This document shows positions 15,876-24,778 of a stretch of DNA of 50,019 bases, piece after piece. Made by a program: the position numbers and the translations under genes. The stretch's first letter is position 1. The number at the start of each line of letters is the position of its first letter. The stretch lies in IMG/VR virus record IMGVR_UViG_3300047560_001314. One strand, 5' to 3'. The notes under the pieces were generated by a model, which worked only from the letters and a program-made list of their open reading frames with translations, searched no databases and was not told the origin of the DNA. Source of the DNA: a virus (lineage: Duplodnaviria > Heunggongvirae > Uroviricota > Caudoviricetes).

Positions 15876-17576
15876 ATGGCAACTAGAATGCAACAGCGCA
15901 GAGGTACCGCAGCACAGTGGACATCTGCAAACCCTATCCTAGCATCAGGAGAAATTGGTTTTGAAAGCGATACTAGCAAGTTTAAGATTGGTGACGGAGT
16001 TAACCACTGGGCAGACCTTACATACTTTGCCTCTGCAGCAGAAATTGCAGACCTTATTGATGGAGCACCAGAATTACTTAATACTCTCAATGAGTTAGCA
16101 GCAGCACTCGGTGATGACCCAGCATTTATTACAACTGTTGCAGACAACCTTTCTGCTCATTCTTCAGACACAACTTCTGTACACGGAATTGCAAATACAG
16201 CACTTCTTGCTACATTGCAGAATGTAGATGACAAGATTGCTACCGCAGCAGATGCCCTAGAACAATATGCAGATGGTGCAGTAAGCACACACAGCCTTCT
16301 AACAGGCAATGTACACGGTGTAGCAGATTTCTCACTACTTGCAACAACTTCCAATGTAACTGCTCACACAGACCTTACTACAAATGTTCACGGTATCGCA
16401 GATACATCAGCACTAGCACTTACTGCAGACTTAACAGCCCACTCTACCGCTACAACTAGCGTACACGGTATTGCTAATACTGCAGAACTTGTAACATTTT
16501 CAGATATGACAGACGCTATCGCAGCAGCATCAACAGATCAGTCTGCAGTTGCAGGTGTAGGTATTGACTGGAACACAGTTACACAGGCATTCGACATCGA
16601 TTCAACAGTTGCAACAAAGACATATGCAGATGATGCAGTATCTACACACAACTCTAATAGCACAAATGTTCATGGTATTGCAGATACATCATTGCTTGCC
16701 ACTACTCTTAATGTTTCAACAGCAAAGCAAGAAGCAATTGATGCAGCAGCAGTAGCATCAGAAAATTATGCAGATGGACTTGCAGCAAACTATGATGTAG
16801 CAGGAGCAGCAGCATCTGCTGTTTCAACTCATAACTCAGACACCACAAGTGTCCACGGTATTGCAGATACATCAAAGTTAGTAGCAAAAGATGCTGCCTC
16901 TACAACACTTGATGGAGACTTAGTAATTTCTGGAGACCTAACAGTCACTGGTACAACAACAACTGTTTTAGCACAAGATCTTGTTGTTTCTGACCCACTT
17001 ATCTACATTGGTGAGGGCAACTCAGCAAACCTTGTTGATATTGGAGTAGTTGGTAACTTCAATGACGGCACATATCAGCACTCAGGAGTTGTTCGTGATG
17101 CTTCTGCTGGAAAGTGGAAAATCTTTAAGGGTGTAACAGATGAACCAACAACAACAGTTAACTTTGCACAAGGATCACTTGACGATCTTGCAGTAAATAA
17201 TGTTGAGGTTGCTGGAGTAGTATTTACAGATGGAACACAGTCAAAGGAAGGTGTACCTTCACGCACACCTATTGTTCAAAAGACAGCAGGTTACACACTA
17301 TCATCACTTACTGAAAGAGATTCTTTGATTGAGATGTCTTCATCTTCAGGAATTACACTTACAATTCCTACAGATGCAACACTAAACTTCCCAATCGGAA
17401 CATCAATTGACATTCTTCAAACTTCAACAGGTCAGGTAACAATTGCAGCAGCAACACCTGGCACTACAACAGTAAATGCAACACCTGGTTTGAAGTTAAG
17501 AACACAGTGGTCTTCTGCAACTCTTTTCAAGAGAGCAGCAAATACTTGGGTTGTCTACGGCGATCTAACAGCGTAA
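15876..17576 (+). CDS. Tail fibre with Mtd/hyaluronidase-type N-domain, six H-x7-HG repeats and C-terminal GDLTA domain
   Basis: RRGTAAQWTSANPILASGEIGFESDTSKFKIGDG N-motif; VHGIA(D/N)T repeats. Confidence 0.85.
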   Translation: MATRMQQRRGTAAQWTSANPILASGEIGFESDTSKFKIGDGVNHWADLTYFASAAEIADLIDGAPELLNTLNELAAALGDDPAFITTVADNLSAHSSDTTSVHGIANTALLATLQNVDDKIATAADALEQYADGAVSTHSLLTGNVHGVADFSLLATTSNVTAHTDLTTNVHGIADTSALALTADLTAHSTATTSVHGIANTAELVTFSDMTDAIAAASTDQSAVAGVGIDWNTVTQAFDIDSTVATKTYADDAVSTHNSNSTNVHGIADTSLLATTLNVSTAKQEAIDAAAVASENYADGLAANYDVAGAAASAVSTHNSDTTSVHGIADTSKLVAKDAASTTLDGDLVISGDLTVTGTTTTVLAQDLVVSDPLIYIGEGNSANLVDIGVVGNFNDGTYQHSGVVRDASAGKWKIFKGVTDEPTTTVNFAQGSLDDLAVNNVEVAGVVFTDGTQSKEGVPSRTPIVQKTAGYTLSSLTERDSLIEMSSSSGITLTIPTDATLNFPIGTSIDILQTSTGQVTIAAATPGTTTVNATPGLKLRTQWSSATLFKRAANTWVVYGDLTA

Positions 17577-17607
17577 TAAAAATTTAATAAGAAAATAGGA
17601 GATAACT

Positions 17608-18891
17608 ATGGCAGCAGGTAAGAAATCAGGTAGAAAGTCCCAAGCGTCAAATGACTTCTTGGAGCCACTAGCACCAACAGGCGTAACTGGAACAGATGTT
17701 GGAACAGGAAGAGCCTACAATGATGGCGCTGTCTCTGTATCCTTTTCATTACCAGCACTTTCGCCTGCTGCTACATCCTATACAGTCACAGCAAGCACAG
17801 GACAAACAGCAACTGGATCATCTTCTCCAATTACTGTAACTGGTCTTGCTTCTACATCAACACCAACATTTACAGTAACAGCAACAAATGCTGCAGGAAC
17901 CTCTCAGGCTTCTTCTGCATCTGCTGCAGTAACAGTAACAACAGTTCCAGCAACACCATCAGCCCCAACCGCTACCGCAGGAGTTGACCAAGATACTGTA
18001 TCATGGACAGCATCAGCAAATGGTGGAAAGGCTATTACTGGCTACACCTGGGCATCATCTGACTCAAAAACTGGTACTACGACATCTACATCTGTTGTTG
18101 TAACACAAGAGGGTAACACTTCTCAGACATATACAGTTTATGCAACAAATGCTAATGGAAACTCAGCAACTTCTCCAGCATCAGCATCAGTTACTACAAC
18201 TCCACCATTCTTCCCACCGTTCTTCCCACCGTACTTCCCATACTTCCCATTTTTCCCACCGTTCTTCCCACCATTCTTTCCGTTCTTCCCACCGTTCTTC
18301 CCACCGTACTTCCCATACTTCCCATTTTTCCCACCGTTCTTCCCACCATTCTTTCCGTTCTTCCCACCGTTCTTCCCAAGTTTTATCATCCCTTGGTTTG
18401 GCCCACCGTGTGTTGAGGAAAACACACTGATTGATACACCTAACGGACAGATTCCTGTAAAGAATCTACAAGTTGGAGATGTAATCTGGTCAACACCTAT
18501 CAGTGAGTTGGATCCTTCAGAACCAGATTGGCAAAAGTATGCCTGGTCTGCAAACCAACTAACAACTGGTGAACTAGTTGAGACAACAATCACAGCAATG
18601 GAAGTTGTTGAAGAGTCAGATATCATTTGCTTCAATGGAAACTCTGATATCAGAATCACTTTCACACAGCCAATATTTGTGAAGACAGTCAACAATCAGT
18701 ACAAGATTAAAGAGGCATACTACGTAGAAGTTGGCGAAAGTCTCATAGTTCTAGACTCAACTGGTCAAAAGGTTGAAGTTCCTGTAACAAGTATTGAGCA
18801 CTTCACAGATGAAGTAGTAAATGTATATCAACTATCATGCGAGCCTTATGACTGGTTCTTTGTAAGTGGTATACTAGTACACAACAAGTAA
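17608..18891 (+). CDS. FnIII x2 - (Pro/Phe/Tyr)59 - Hint (intein-like) domain protein
   Basis: FnIII patterns (PLAPTGVT..., SYTVTA, YTVYATNANG); P/F/Y tract; Hint from CVEENTLIDT...LQVGD to VYQL...FFVSGILVHNK. Confidence 0.85.
   Translation: MAAGKKSGRKSQASNDFLEPLAPTGVTGTDVGTGRAYNDGAVSVSFSLPALSPAATSYTVTASTGQTATGSSSPITVTGLASTSTPTFTVTATNAAGTSQASSASAAVTVTTVPATPSAPTATAGVDQDTVSWTASANGGKAITGYTWASSDSKTGTTTSTSVVVTQEGNTSQTYTVYATNANGNSATSPASASVTTTPPFFPPFFPPYFPYFPFFPPFFPPFFPFFPPFFPPYFPYFPFFPPFFPPFFPFFPPFFPSFIIPWFGPPCVEENTLIDTPNGQIPVKNLQVGDVIWSTPISELDPSEPDWQKYAWSANQLTTGELVETTITAMEVVEESDIICFNGNSDIRITFTQPIFVKTVNNQYKIKEAYYVEVGESLIVLDSTGQKVEVPVTSIEHFTDEVVNVYQLSCEPYDWFFVSGILVHNK
18202..18378 (+). repeat. 59-codon Pro/Phe/Tyr-only tract with a 75-bp perfect duplication
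   Basis: Unit FFPPFFPPYFPYFPFFPPFFPPFFP at 18208-18282 and 18283-18357, plus a 21-bp partial. Confidence 0.95.
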
Positions 18892-18913
18892 TCTAGTAGA
18901 GAGTAGGGAGTAT

Positions 18914-19582
18914 ATGTCAGTCGAAAACCACGACGGTATACTCCCTGCCTCATCTATAAGCAGAGAAATACTTATGCCAGGAATGGTACTTTATAAGAAT
19001 ATTTTTCCTGCGGGTATTAAAGTTATAGAAGATCTTGAGGGTGTATTATCTGACGGAAGTAACTATAAGTGGAGCCAGGCCATGGTTGGTAATAGACAAA
19101 GGGTTCCTGAATATAGAGACTGCCTAGATTTTAAATTTAAAAAATCTACAATTGTAGGAACGGATGAAAAATCTGAAACAATTAGACAGTCTTGGCAGTA
19201 CCTACACGATCAAATGAATTCTGCTTTGCAAGACTATTGCACACTCTATCCAATGGAGCCATTAGAATACTGGGAATCAATAAACTTTATTAAGTATTAT
19301 CCAGGCAATCACTTTGAGTCCCATGCAGACGACGGTGCATCCTACAAGGCTGTAGTTTCATTAGTTGGATATTTGAACGATGACTACGAAGGTGGAGAAA
19401 TTTCTTTCCCAGCACATGGAATTACGATCAAGCCAGAAGCAGGAGATCTAGTTATTTTTCCATCAAACTATATGTTTATGCATAAAGCAATGCCAGTAAT
19501 TAGTGGAGTAAAATACTCTATTGTTACTATGTTAGATTATAATGAAAAATTTCACACACAGAGGTTTTATTATGGAAAGTAA
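18914..19582 (+). CDS. 2OG-Fe(II) oxygenase, P4H-like (array 1)
   Basis: HADDG, YLNDDYEGGE, H...KY. Confidence 0.9.
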   Translation: MSVENHDGILPASSISREILMPGMVLYKNIFPAGIKVIEDLEGVLSDGSNYKWSQAMVGNRQRVPEYRDCLDFKFKKSTIVGTDEKSETIRQSWQYLHDQMNSALQDYCTLYPMEPLEYWESINFIKYYPGNHFESHADDGASYKAVVSLVGYLNDDYEGGEISFPAHGITIKPEAGDLVIFPSNYMFMHKAMPVISGVKYSIVTMLDYNEKFHTQRFYYGK

Positions 19583-20117
19583 AGAGTTGGCTTTAGGGAT
19601 AAGACTGTACAGTGGAGTAGAATTACCATGTAAGGAAACTATCTTAGGTTTGGATTTTGAAGGGGCTACAAAGGAAAGCGTTATTGTCAATGATGAATTC
19701 AGAGCAGACTATAGTTCCAGGATCACGCTATCAATTGATGTACCATATATTAATAAAGATAACAATCAGTTTACAGATATTTTTAGACAAACCTTTGACC
19801 CAGTAGAACAAGACTATATGTCTATACATGGAATATCCTTAAAATCTCATAACCCATATAAAATATTAAAGTATGAGGTCGGTGGTAAATTTGATACACA
19901 CATGGACGATGGTGGGGGAAACTTTAGAAGAGTTTCTACTGTATATTATTTAAATGATAACTATGAGGGTGGAGAACTATGCTTCCCACAATTTGGCATA
20001 GAACTAAAGCCAAAGGCGGGAGATATGGTTGTTTTTCCATCATCCTATGTATATTCACATAGTGTCAAACCAGTAACATCAGGAAATAGATTTTCTATTG
20101 CAAGTTGGCTAAAATGA
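19572..20117 (+). CDS. 2OG-Fe(II) oxygenase, P4H-like (array 2)
   Basis: HMDDG, YLNDNYEGGE, H...RF; start moved to ATG 19572. Confidence 0.9.
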   Translation: MESKELALGIRLYSGVELPCKETILGLDFEGATKESVIVNDEFRADYSSRITLSIDVPYINKDNNQFTDIFRQTFDPVEQDYMSIHGISLKSHNPYKILKYEVGGKFDTHMDDGGGNFRRVSTVYYLNDNYEGGELCFPQFGIELKPKAGDMVVFPSSYVYSHSVKPVTSGNRFSIASWLK

Positions 20118-20608
20118 TAGAGACAGTTAGAACCTTTGCCAATGGCGAAGACCTCATTGATATAAAAGAAAAGATTGATAAGGTTCTTCCATTAAATAAA
20201 TTTAATGATGTTCCGAACTGGTCCACCGATGCTATTAGCGCAGATCAGATCTATAGAATACAAAAGTTTGTTGGCAGAGTAGTCGAAGAAACAGGTGTTA
20301 TTTTGCAGAGCCAGGTTATTGATCGATTTAATAATACAAACAAAGTGTTTCCATACATGATACAACTTATTAAGATAGATAGAAATACCTTTAGTACAGA
20401 TATTATTGTAGAGGATCAAATATGTCAAACCATAACACCACTCAAAAATGAGTGTAAGACATATATTTTAATTAATAACTCTGGAAATGTTGTAGTTCCA
20501 GATCTAGTCGATGGAGACTATGCTATAGCAGCATACTGGACCGAATACAGAGATCTAAGATATAAAAACTGGTTTATAGGAAAGTATTTTCAGCGATATG
20601 TTGGATAG
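20114..20608 (+). CDS. Hypothetical protein, possibly a degenerate oxygenase-fold protein
   Basis: ATGA coupling; oxygenase-like N-terminal layout and terminal AIAAYW, but no HxD or H ligands. Confidence 0.6.
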   Translation: MIETVRTFANGEDLIDIKEKIDKVLPLNKFNDVPNWSTDAISADQIYRIQKFVGRVVEETGVILQSQVIDRFNNTNKVFPYMIQLIKIDRNTFSTDIIVEDQICQTITPLKNECKTYILINNSGNVVVPDLVDGDYAIAAYWTEYRDLRYKNWFIGKYFQRYVG

Positions 20609-21068
20609 ATTCGTCATTGAAGATTTTTTATCTCAAGAAGATTGTCATAGTCTTATTTCTGCATGCAATGAAAATGACTGGGTTGATAAAGGCGGAAACT
20701 CAAAGGTATTTATTCAAAAGACAACAAGACACGATATTATAAAAAAAATACATAAAGGCCTAAGTGAAATGTTTGACGATCACTACCACATACAGTTAAT
20801 AAGAATGGTTCATAAAACAGACTCAGAGTCTTTTTGGGAAGAGCATACAGATAGGTCTGACCACAAGGTAACAAGAGACATTGTTTATGGAGTTATAATA
20901 TATCTAAATGATGATTTTTCTGGTGGTACTTTAGACTATAGCGATATGTCTATTACCCCAAAAACAGGAATGCTTGTCTGCCATCCTGGAGACATGCTTC
21001 ACAAAGTATCAAAGGTAGAAGATGGTCAAAGATATACGCTAACTACATTTATTAGGAGTAAGAGTTGA
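20598..21068 (+). CDS. 2OG-Fe(II) oxygenase, P4H-like (array 3)
   Basis: HTD, YLNDDFSGG, H...RY. Confidence 0.9.
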   Translation: MLDRFVIEDFLSQEDCHSLISACNENDWVDKGGNSKVFIQKTTRHDIIKKIHKGLSEMFDDHYHIQLIRMVHKTDSESFWEEHTDRSDHKVTRDIVYGVIIYLNDDFSGGTLDYSDMSITPKTGMLVCHPGDMLHKVSKVEDGQRYTLTTFIRSKS

Positions 21069-21844
21069 GCACTGATATTAAATCTCCAAAGGTGAGGATA
21101 TGTGAAAACTTCATATCAACTGAAGTCTGTGACTTTTTAATAAAATATGCAGAATCCAATGACATTTGGTCACAATTTAATAATTCTGTTAAAAAGCATA
21201 ATTTTAGTGACGAGCATGATCACATGTCAGCATTGAAGCAATGGGATAACAGAAGGGTTGATATTAATGAATTGTATGCACAAGGCATGGGAAAAAGAAA
21301 AGAGTTGTTTGATATAGTTCTTCCACTACAGTATCGGATGCATGACGAGGTTGTTGATTTTTTAAAGCCAGATTTTGATTTGCACAGCGAACTATGGGAA
21401 ATTGTTAGATGGAAAGAGGGAAACTTTCAGGAGCCACATGTAGACCACATTGATCCAGATTTTGACTTATCAACGATAGACCTTGATTCAGTACCAGAAG
21501 AGTGCAAATATTTTTTTGAGGAAAGAAATATTGAGAAGTACAAAAAATTATTTACTAACAAGGCCTTTACCTCTATTATTTACCTTAATGATGATTATCA
21601 GGGTGGAGAACTTTATTTTCCACAGCACAACTCATTTCAAATAAAGCCAAAAAAGGGAACAATGCTAATCTTCAGCGGTACTATTGATAATATGCATGGC
21701 ATTAAAGAAGTAACTGGTGGAACTAGATATACACATGTTACATTTTGGTCTAATAATATATCTAAGTCTAGCAAGATTGCTTTTGATAAAAAGGTTAATC
21801 GTTTAGTGGTAGACGACAACCATAAGCCCGTAATAGATAGTTAA
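21065..21844 (+). CDS. 2OG-Fe(II) oxygenase, P4H-like with insertion (array 4)
   Basis: HVD, YLNDDYQGGE, H...RY; TTG start overlapping the previous stop. Confidence 0.9.
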   Translation: MSTDIKSPKVRICENFISTEVCDFLIKYAESNDIWSQFNNSVKKHNFSDEHDHMSALKQWDNRRVDINELYAQGMGKRKELFDIVLPLQYRMHDEVVDFLKPDFDLHSELWEIVRWKEGNFQEPHVDHIDPDFDLSTIDLDSVPEECKYFFEERNIEKYKKLFTNKAFTSIIYLNDDYQGGELYFPQHNSFQIKPKKGTMLIFSGTIDNMHGIKEVTGGTRYTHVTFWSNNISKSSKIAFDKKVNRLVVDDNHKPVIDS

Positions 21845-21846
21845 AA

Positions 21847-21875
21847 TTGACAAAATGCATAGATCATGCTATACT
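21847..21875 (+). promoter_or_regulatory. Near-consensus sigma70 promoter TTGACA-N17-TATACT inside the oxygenase array
   Basis: TTGACAaaatgcatagatcatgcTATACT with extended -10 TG. Confidence 0.85.
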
Positions 21876-21895
21876 TTACTAAAGGGAGAAAACCT

Positions 21896-22663
21896 GTGAA
21901 CAATATAATTTCTTTTATGTCTAATAGGCCTTGGCTTAAAAAAGACAGCAAGTCGGCACCAACACCAATGATTAAATCAATTCCAGATTGGTACAGAGAG
22001 GCAGATCGATTTGCTAAAATGCCTAATGGAGAGTTTTACAAAGCACCTAAAGAAATATGTCCGTATCCAAAAGAGGGTACGACAGATGACTATGGAAAGA
22101 TCCCGACTTGGAAGGCCTGCCCATCAGTGTTTGATATTATGGGCACAGGATACTCCCTTAATCTACCATGCGATGTTGAGTTTATACAAAAAGATGAAAA
22201 TACTTTGATTGTAAATATTGAAGATAGACAGTATAAAGATTTTGTTACACCAAGACCACCAATGCCACAGTTTAAGCATCCAATGGGATATCATGAAAAT
22301 CACTTTGCTTGGTTTTATGATTGGGGTATTAAAACTCCAGAAGGCTATAGCAGTTTGATTACTCAGCCATTTAATAGGTTTGAATTACCATTTTTAAACA
22401 CCTCTGGTATAATTGACACAGACAGGGTTCATTTTCCAGGATCTTTACCATTCTTTATTGTTAAAGGCTGGTCAGGTGTGCTTAAGGCTGGAACTCCTTT
22501 TGCACAGGTTCTTCCCTTCAAAAGAGAAGATTGGTCATCTGATTTATCAATAGAGAATCCAATGAATATGTATACACGCAATAAAGAGAATTCTGAGTTT
22601 TATAGAGTCCCAGATGGAGGGGTTTATAAAAACAAGGTATGGAGCAGAAGGAGATACGAATAA
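21896..22663 (+). CDS. dUTPase-fold-like protein (DUF6065-related)
   Basis: TWKACPSVFD...GY, KTPEGYS, SGIIDTD, KAGTPFAQV; GTG start after GGGAG. Confidence 0.6.
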   Translation: MNNIISFMSNRPWLKKDSKSAPTPMIKSIPDWYREADRFAKMPNGEFYKAPKEICPYPKEGTTDDYGKIPTWKACPSVFDIMGTGYSLNLPCDVEFIQKDENTLIVNIEDRQYKDFVTPRPPMPQFKHPMGYHENHFAWFYDWGIKTPEGYSSLITQPFNRFELPFLNTSGIIDTDRVHFPGSLPFFIVKGWSGVLKAGTPFAQVLPFKREDWSSDLSIENPMNMYTRNKENSEFYRVPDGGVYKNKVWSRRRYE

Positions 22664-23391
22664 TGACAGTATATGACGAAAATGCAAATCCCTGGTTTAC
22701 AAAAGATAGATCAGAGACAGCATCTAATAGAGTTGAGCCAAGACAATTAAAAGATAATATTGTTGCTGAAAATCTTGGACTTGGGCTACATGTGTATCAT
22801 AAGACCTTCTCAGTAGAAGATGCAGATAGATATATCAATACGCTTGAGTCTAATTTGTCTGGGGACAAGCAATATAAGTGGTCAGAGGCAAAAGTAACAA
22901 ACTCAGATGCTCCAATCAAGAAGGCTAGAGATGCTGTAGATTTTAAATACAAGCAAGAAAATCTTGGTCCAAGAAATGAAAATAATGCAGAACTATTAGA
23001 TCTACATGAGGAAATTTATCAAAAGTTAAAATACTGCATAGATGACTATGCCCAGTACTGGGGAATAAATGTTGTTTATTATGAAGCCTTCAACTTTGTA
23101 AAATATGAGGGCCAGGGAACACACTTTAATATCCATGCTGATCATGGTCCAGCATACAACTGTACAGTATCTGCAGTAATCTATATTAATGACGACTATG
23201 AAGGTGGAGACTTAAAATTCCCACGACTAGATAATCTGGTCTATAAGCCAAAGGCAGGAGATATTGCTGTATTCCCATCTAACTATATTTATGAGCATGC
23301 TTCTCTTCCAATGGAGTCTGGAACAAAGTATTGCGTAGTAGTTATGACAGATATTAATGAACTAGGTCACCAACAAGTTAGGAGCATGTAA
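22663..23391 (+). CDS. 2OG-Fe(II) oxygenase, P4H-like (array 5)
   Basis: HADHG, YINDDYEGGD, H...KY. Confidence 0.9.
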   Translation: MTVYDENANPWFTKDRSETASNRVEPRQLKDNIVAENLGLGLHVYHKTFSVEDADRYINTLESNLSGDKQYKWSEAKVTNSDAPIKKARDAVDFKYKQENLGPRNENNAELLDLHEEIYQKLKYCIDDYAQYWGINVVYYEAFNFVKYEGQGTHFNIHADHGPAYNCTVSAVIYINDDYEGGDLKFPRLDNLVYKPKAGDIAVFPSNYIYEHASLPMESGTKYCVVVMTDINELGHQQVRSM

Positions 23392-24062
23392 TGCAAACAT
23401 GGACAGAAAAAATTGATCACGGCAATGGTATATTTTGCTACAAGAATGTGATCAAAAAAGATATTGATGTAATCAACAGACTTGAGTCAAGTTTAGGGTC
23501 AGTTGCTGGATACGGAGAACTGTCTGACGAAGGAAAGCAGTACCATTGGCATCCAGCCTATGTCGGTTATAAGCAACTTATGCCAGACTACCGTGACTGT
23601 GTAGATTTTAAGTTTAAGAAGACCGATATAGAGTTAGATAAAAGCCAAACATCGCTAGACTTGCAGGCACTTTGGCAAGACCTATACGATGTAAAGTTGC
23701 CTGTTGTACAAGATTATTCTAAGATGTACAACATTAATAATCTTCAGTATTGGGAAGCATTTAACTTTATTAAGTATGGTCCAGGTCAGCACTTTATGGA
23801 GCATCACGACCATGGCTTTTCTTATAACTGTACAGTTTCTTTGGTAGGATATCCAAATGATAACTATGAAGGCGGAGAGTTATTCTTTAGACTTCAGGGG
23901 CTAAAGATTAAGCCAGAGGCAGGGGATCTTTTTGTATTTCCTTCAAACTACATGTATCCACACCAAGCAATGCCAGTACATTCTGGGGTAAAGTATTCAA
24001 TTGTGACAATGCTAGATTACAATAAGAAGTACCATACTCCAGAGATGTATCAGGAGCAGTAA
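23391..24062 (+). CDS. 2OG-Fe(II) oxygenase, P4H-like (array 6)
   Basis: HHDHG, YPNDNYEGGE, H...KY; close paralog of 18914..19582. Confidence 0.9.
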   Translation: MQTWTEKIDHGNGIFCYKNVIKKDIDVINRLESSLGSVAGYGELSDEGKQYHWHPAYVGYKQLMPDYRDCVDFKFKKTDIELDKSQTSLDLQALWQDLYDVKLPVVQDYSKMYNINNLQYWEAFNFIKYGPGQHFMEHHDHGFSYNCTVSLVGYPNDNYEGGELFFRLQGLKIKPEAGDLFVFPSNYMYPHQAMPVHSGVKYSIVTMLDYNKKYHTPEMYQEQ

Positions 24063-24778
24063 TGTTCAATATAAAAGTGGAAAAGACACCTGACTCACTA
24101 TTCAATATTGAGCCAATGTCTATAAAAAGAGACTGGATGGATCTAACATCAGAAAACCATGCCTATCGTTGTTTTCCAGTTACTCAGTCTAATGTGATAG
24201 GATGGAATCTTTCCTGTACAGAGGATGTATCTTTTGAGTGGAATGGAGTTAATGACCAGTCTCCAGATACTGTAAAGATATTCAGCCCAGCGGGATCTTA
24301 TTCTGGCAGAGGTCAATCATCTATAAGTCTTAATACAGGTCTTTATTTCAGAACTGATCAAGATGTTAGTATCTGGACTATTAACCCAGTTAACTATTTT
24401 AGTAATGAGTTTGAAACGATGTCCTCTCTAATGACAACATCTTTTTACGATAATCCACTTCCGTTAGCACTAAAAGCAAAGGCTGCAAATCGTGTTGTTA
24501 CCATTAAAGCAGGAACACCGCTTGCAACAATTATTCCAATATCTCTAACAAATCTTAACAATACAGTTATCGAGATTAATAGATACATGGATCCAGATAG
24601 AAAAAGACAAGAGGCAAACATGTCTTATGGTCAAGCATCACAAGTTGTAAACTCTTCTGGTGAATGGACAGACTGGTACAGAAATGCTGTTAATGAAAAG
24701 GGTGAGTCTTTAGGTACCCACGAAGTAAAAACCCTAAAACTAGGAGTAAAAAATAATATGAACGGTGATATAATATGA
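24062..24778 (+). CDS. DUF6065-like protein (dUTPase-like fold)
   Basis: RDWMD...HAYRCFPVTQSNVIGW, KAGTPLATIIP; family name recalled, not searched. Confidence 0.65.
   Translation: MFNIKVEKTPDSLFNIEPMSIKRDWMDLTSENHAYRCFPVTQSNVIGWNLSCTEDVSFEWNGVNDQSPDTVKIFSPAGSYSGRGQSSISLNTGLYFRTDQDVSIWTINPVNYFSNEFETMSSLMTTSFYDNPLPLALKAKAANRVVTIKAGTPLATIIPISLTNLNNTVIEINRYMDPDRKRQEANMSYGQASQVVNSSGEWTDWYRNAVNEKGESLGTHEVKTLKLGVKNNMNGDII

Noticed and set aside
18138-18695. Minus-strand GGKN-repeat ORF and other frames over the PPFF tract
   Set aside because: Reverse or alternative-frame readings of the stop-free repeat; no RBS or promoter; the FnIII-Hint frame explains the sequence
18409-18891. Hint domain as a classical splicing intein or homing element
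   Set aside because: No C-extein Cys/Ser/Thr (HN is followed by K-stop) and no endonuclease insert; treated as a BIL/Hedgehog-like domain
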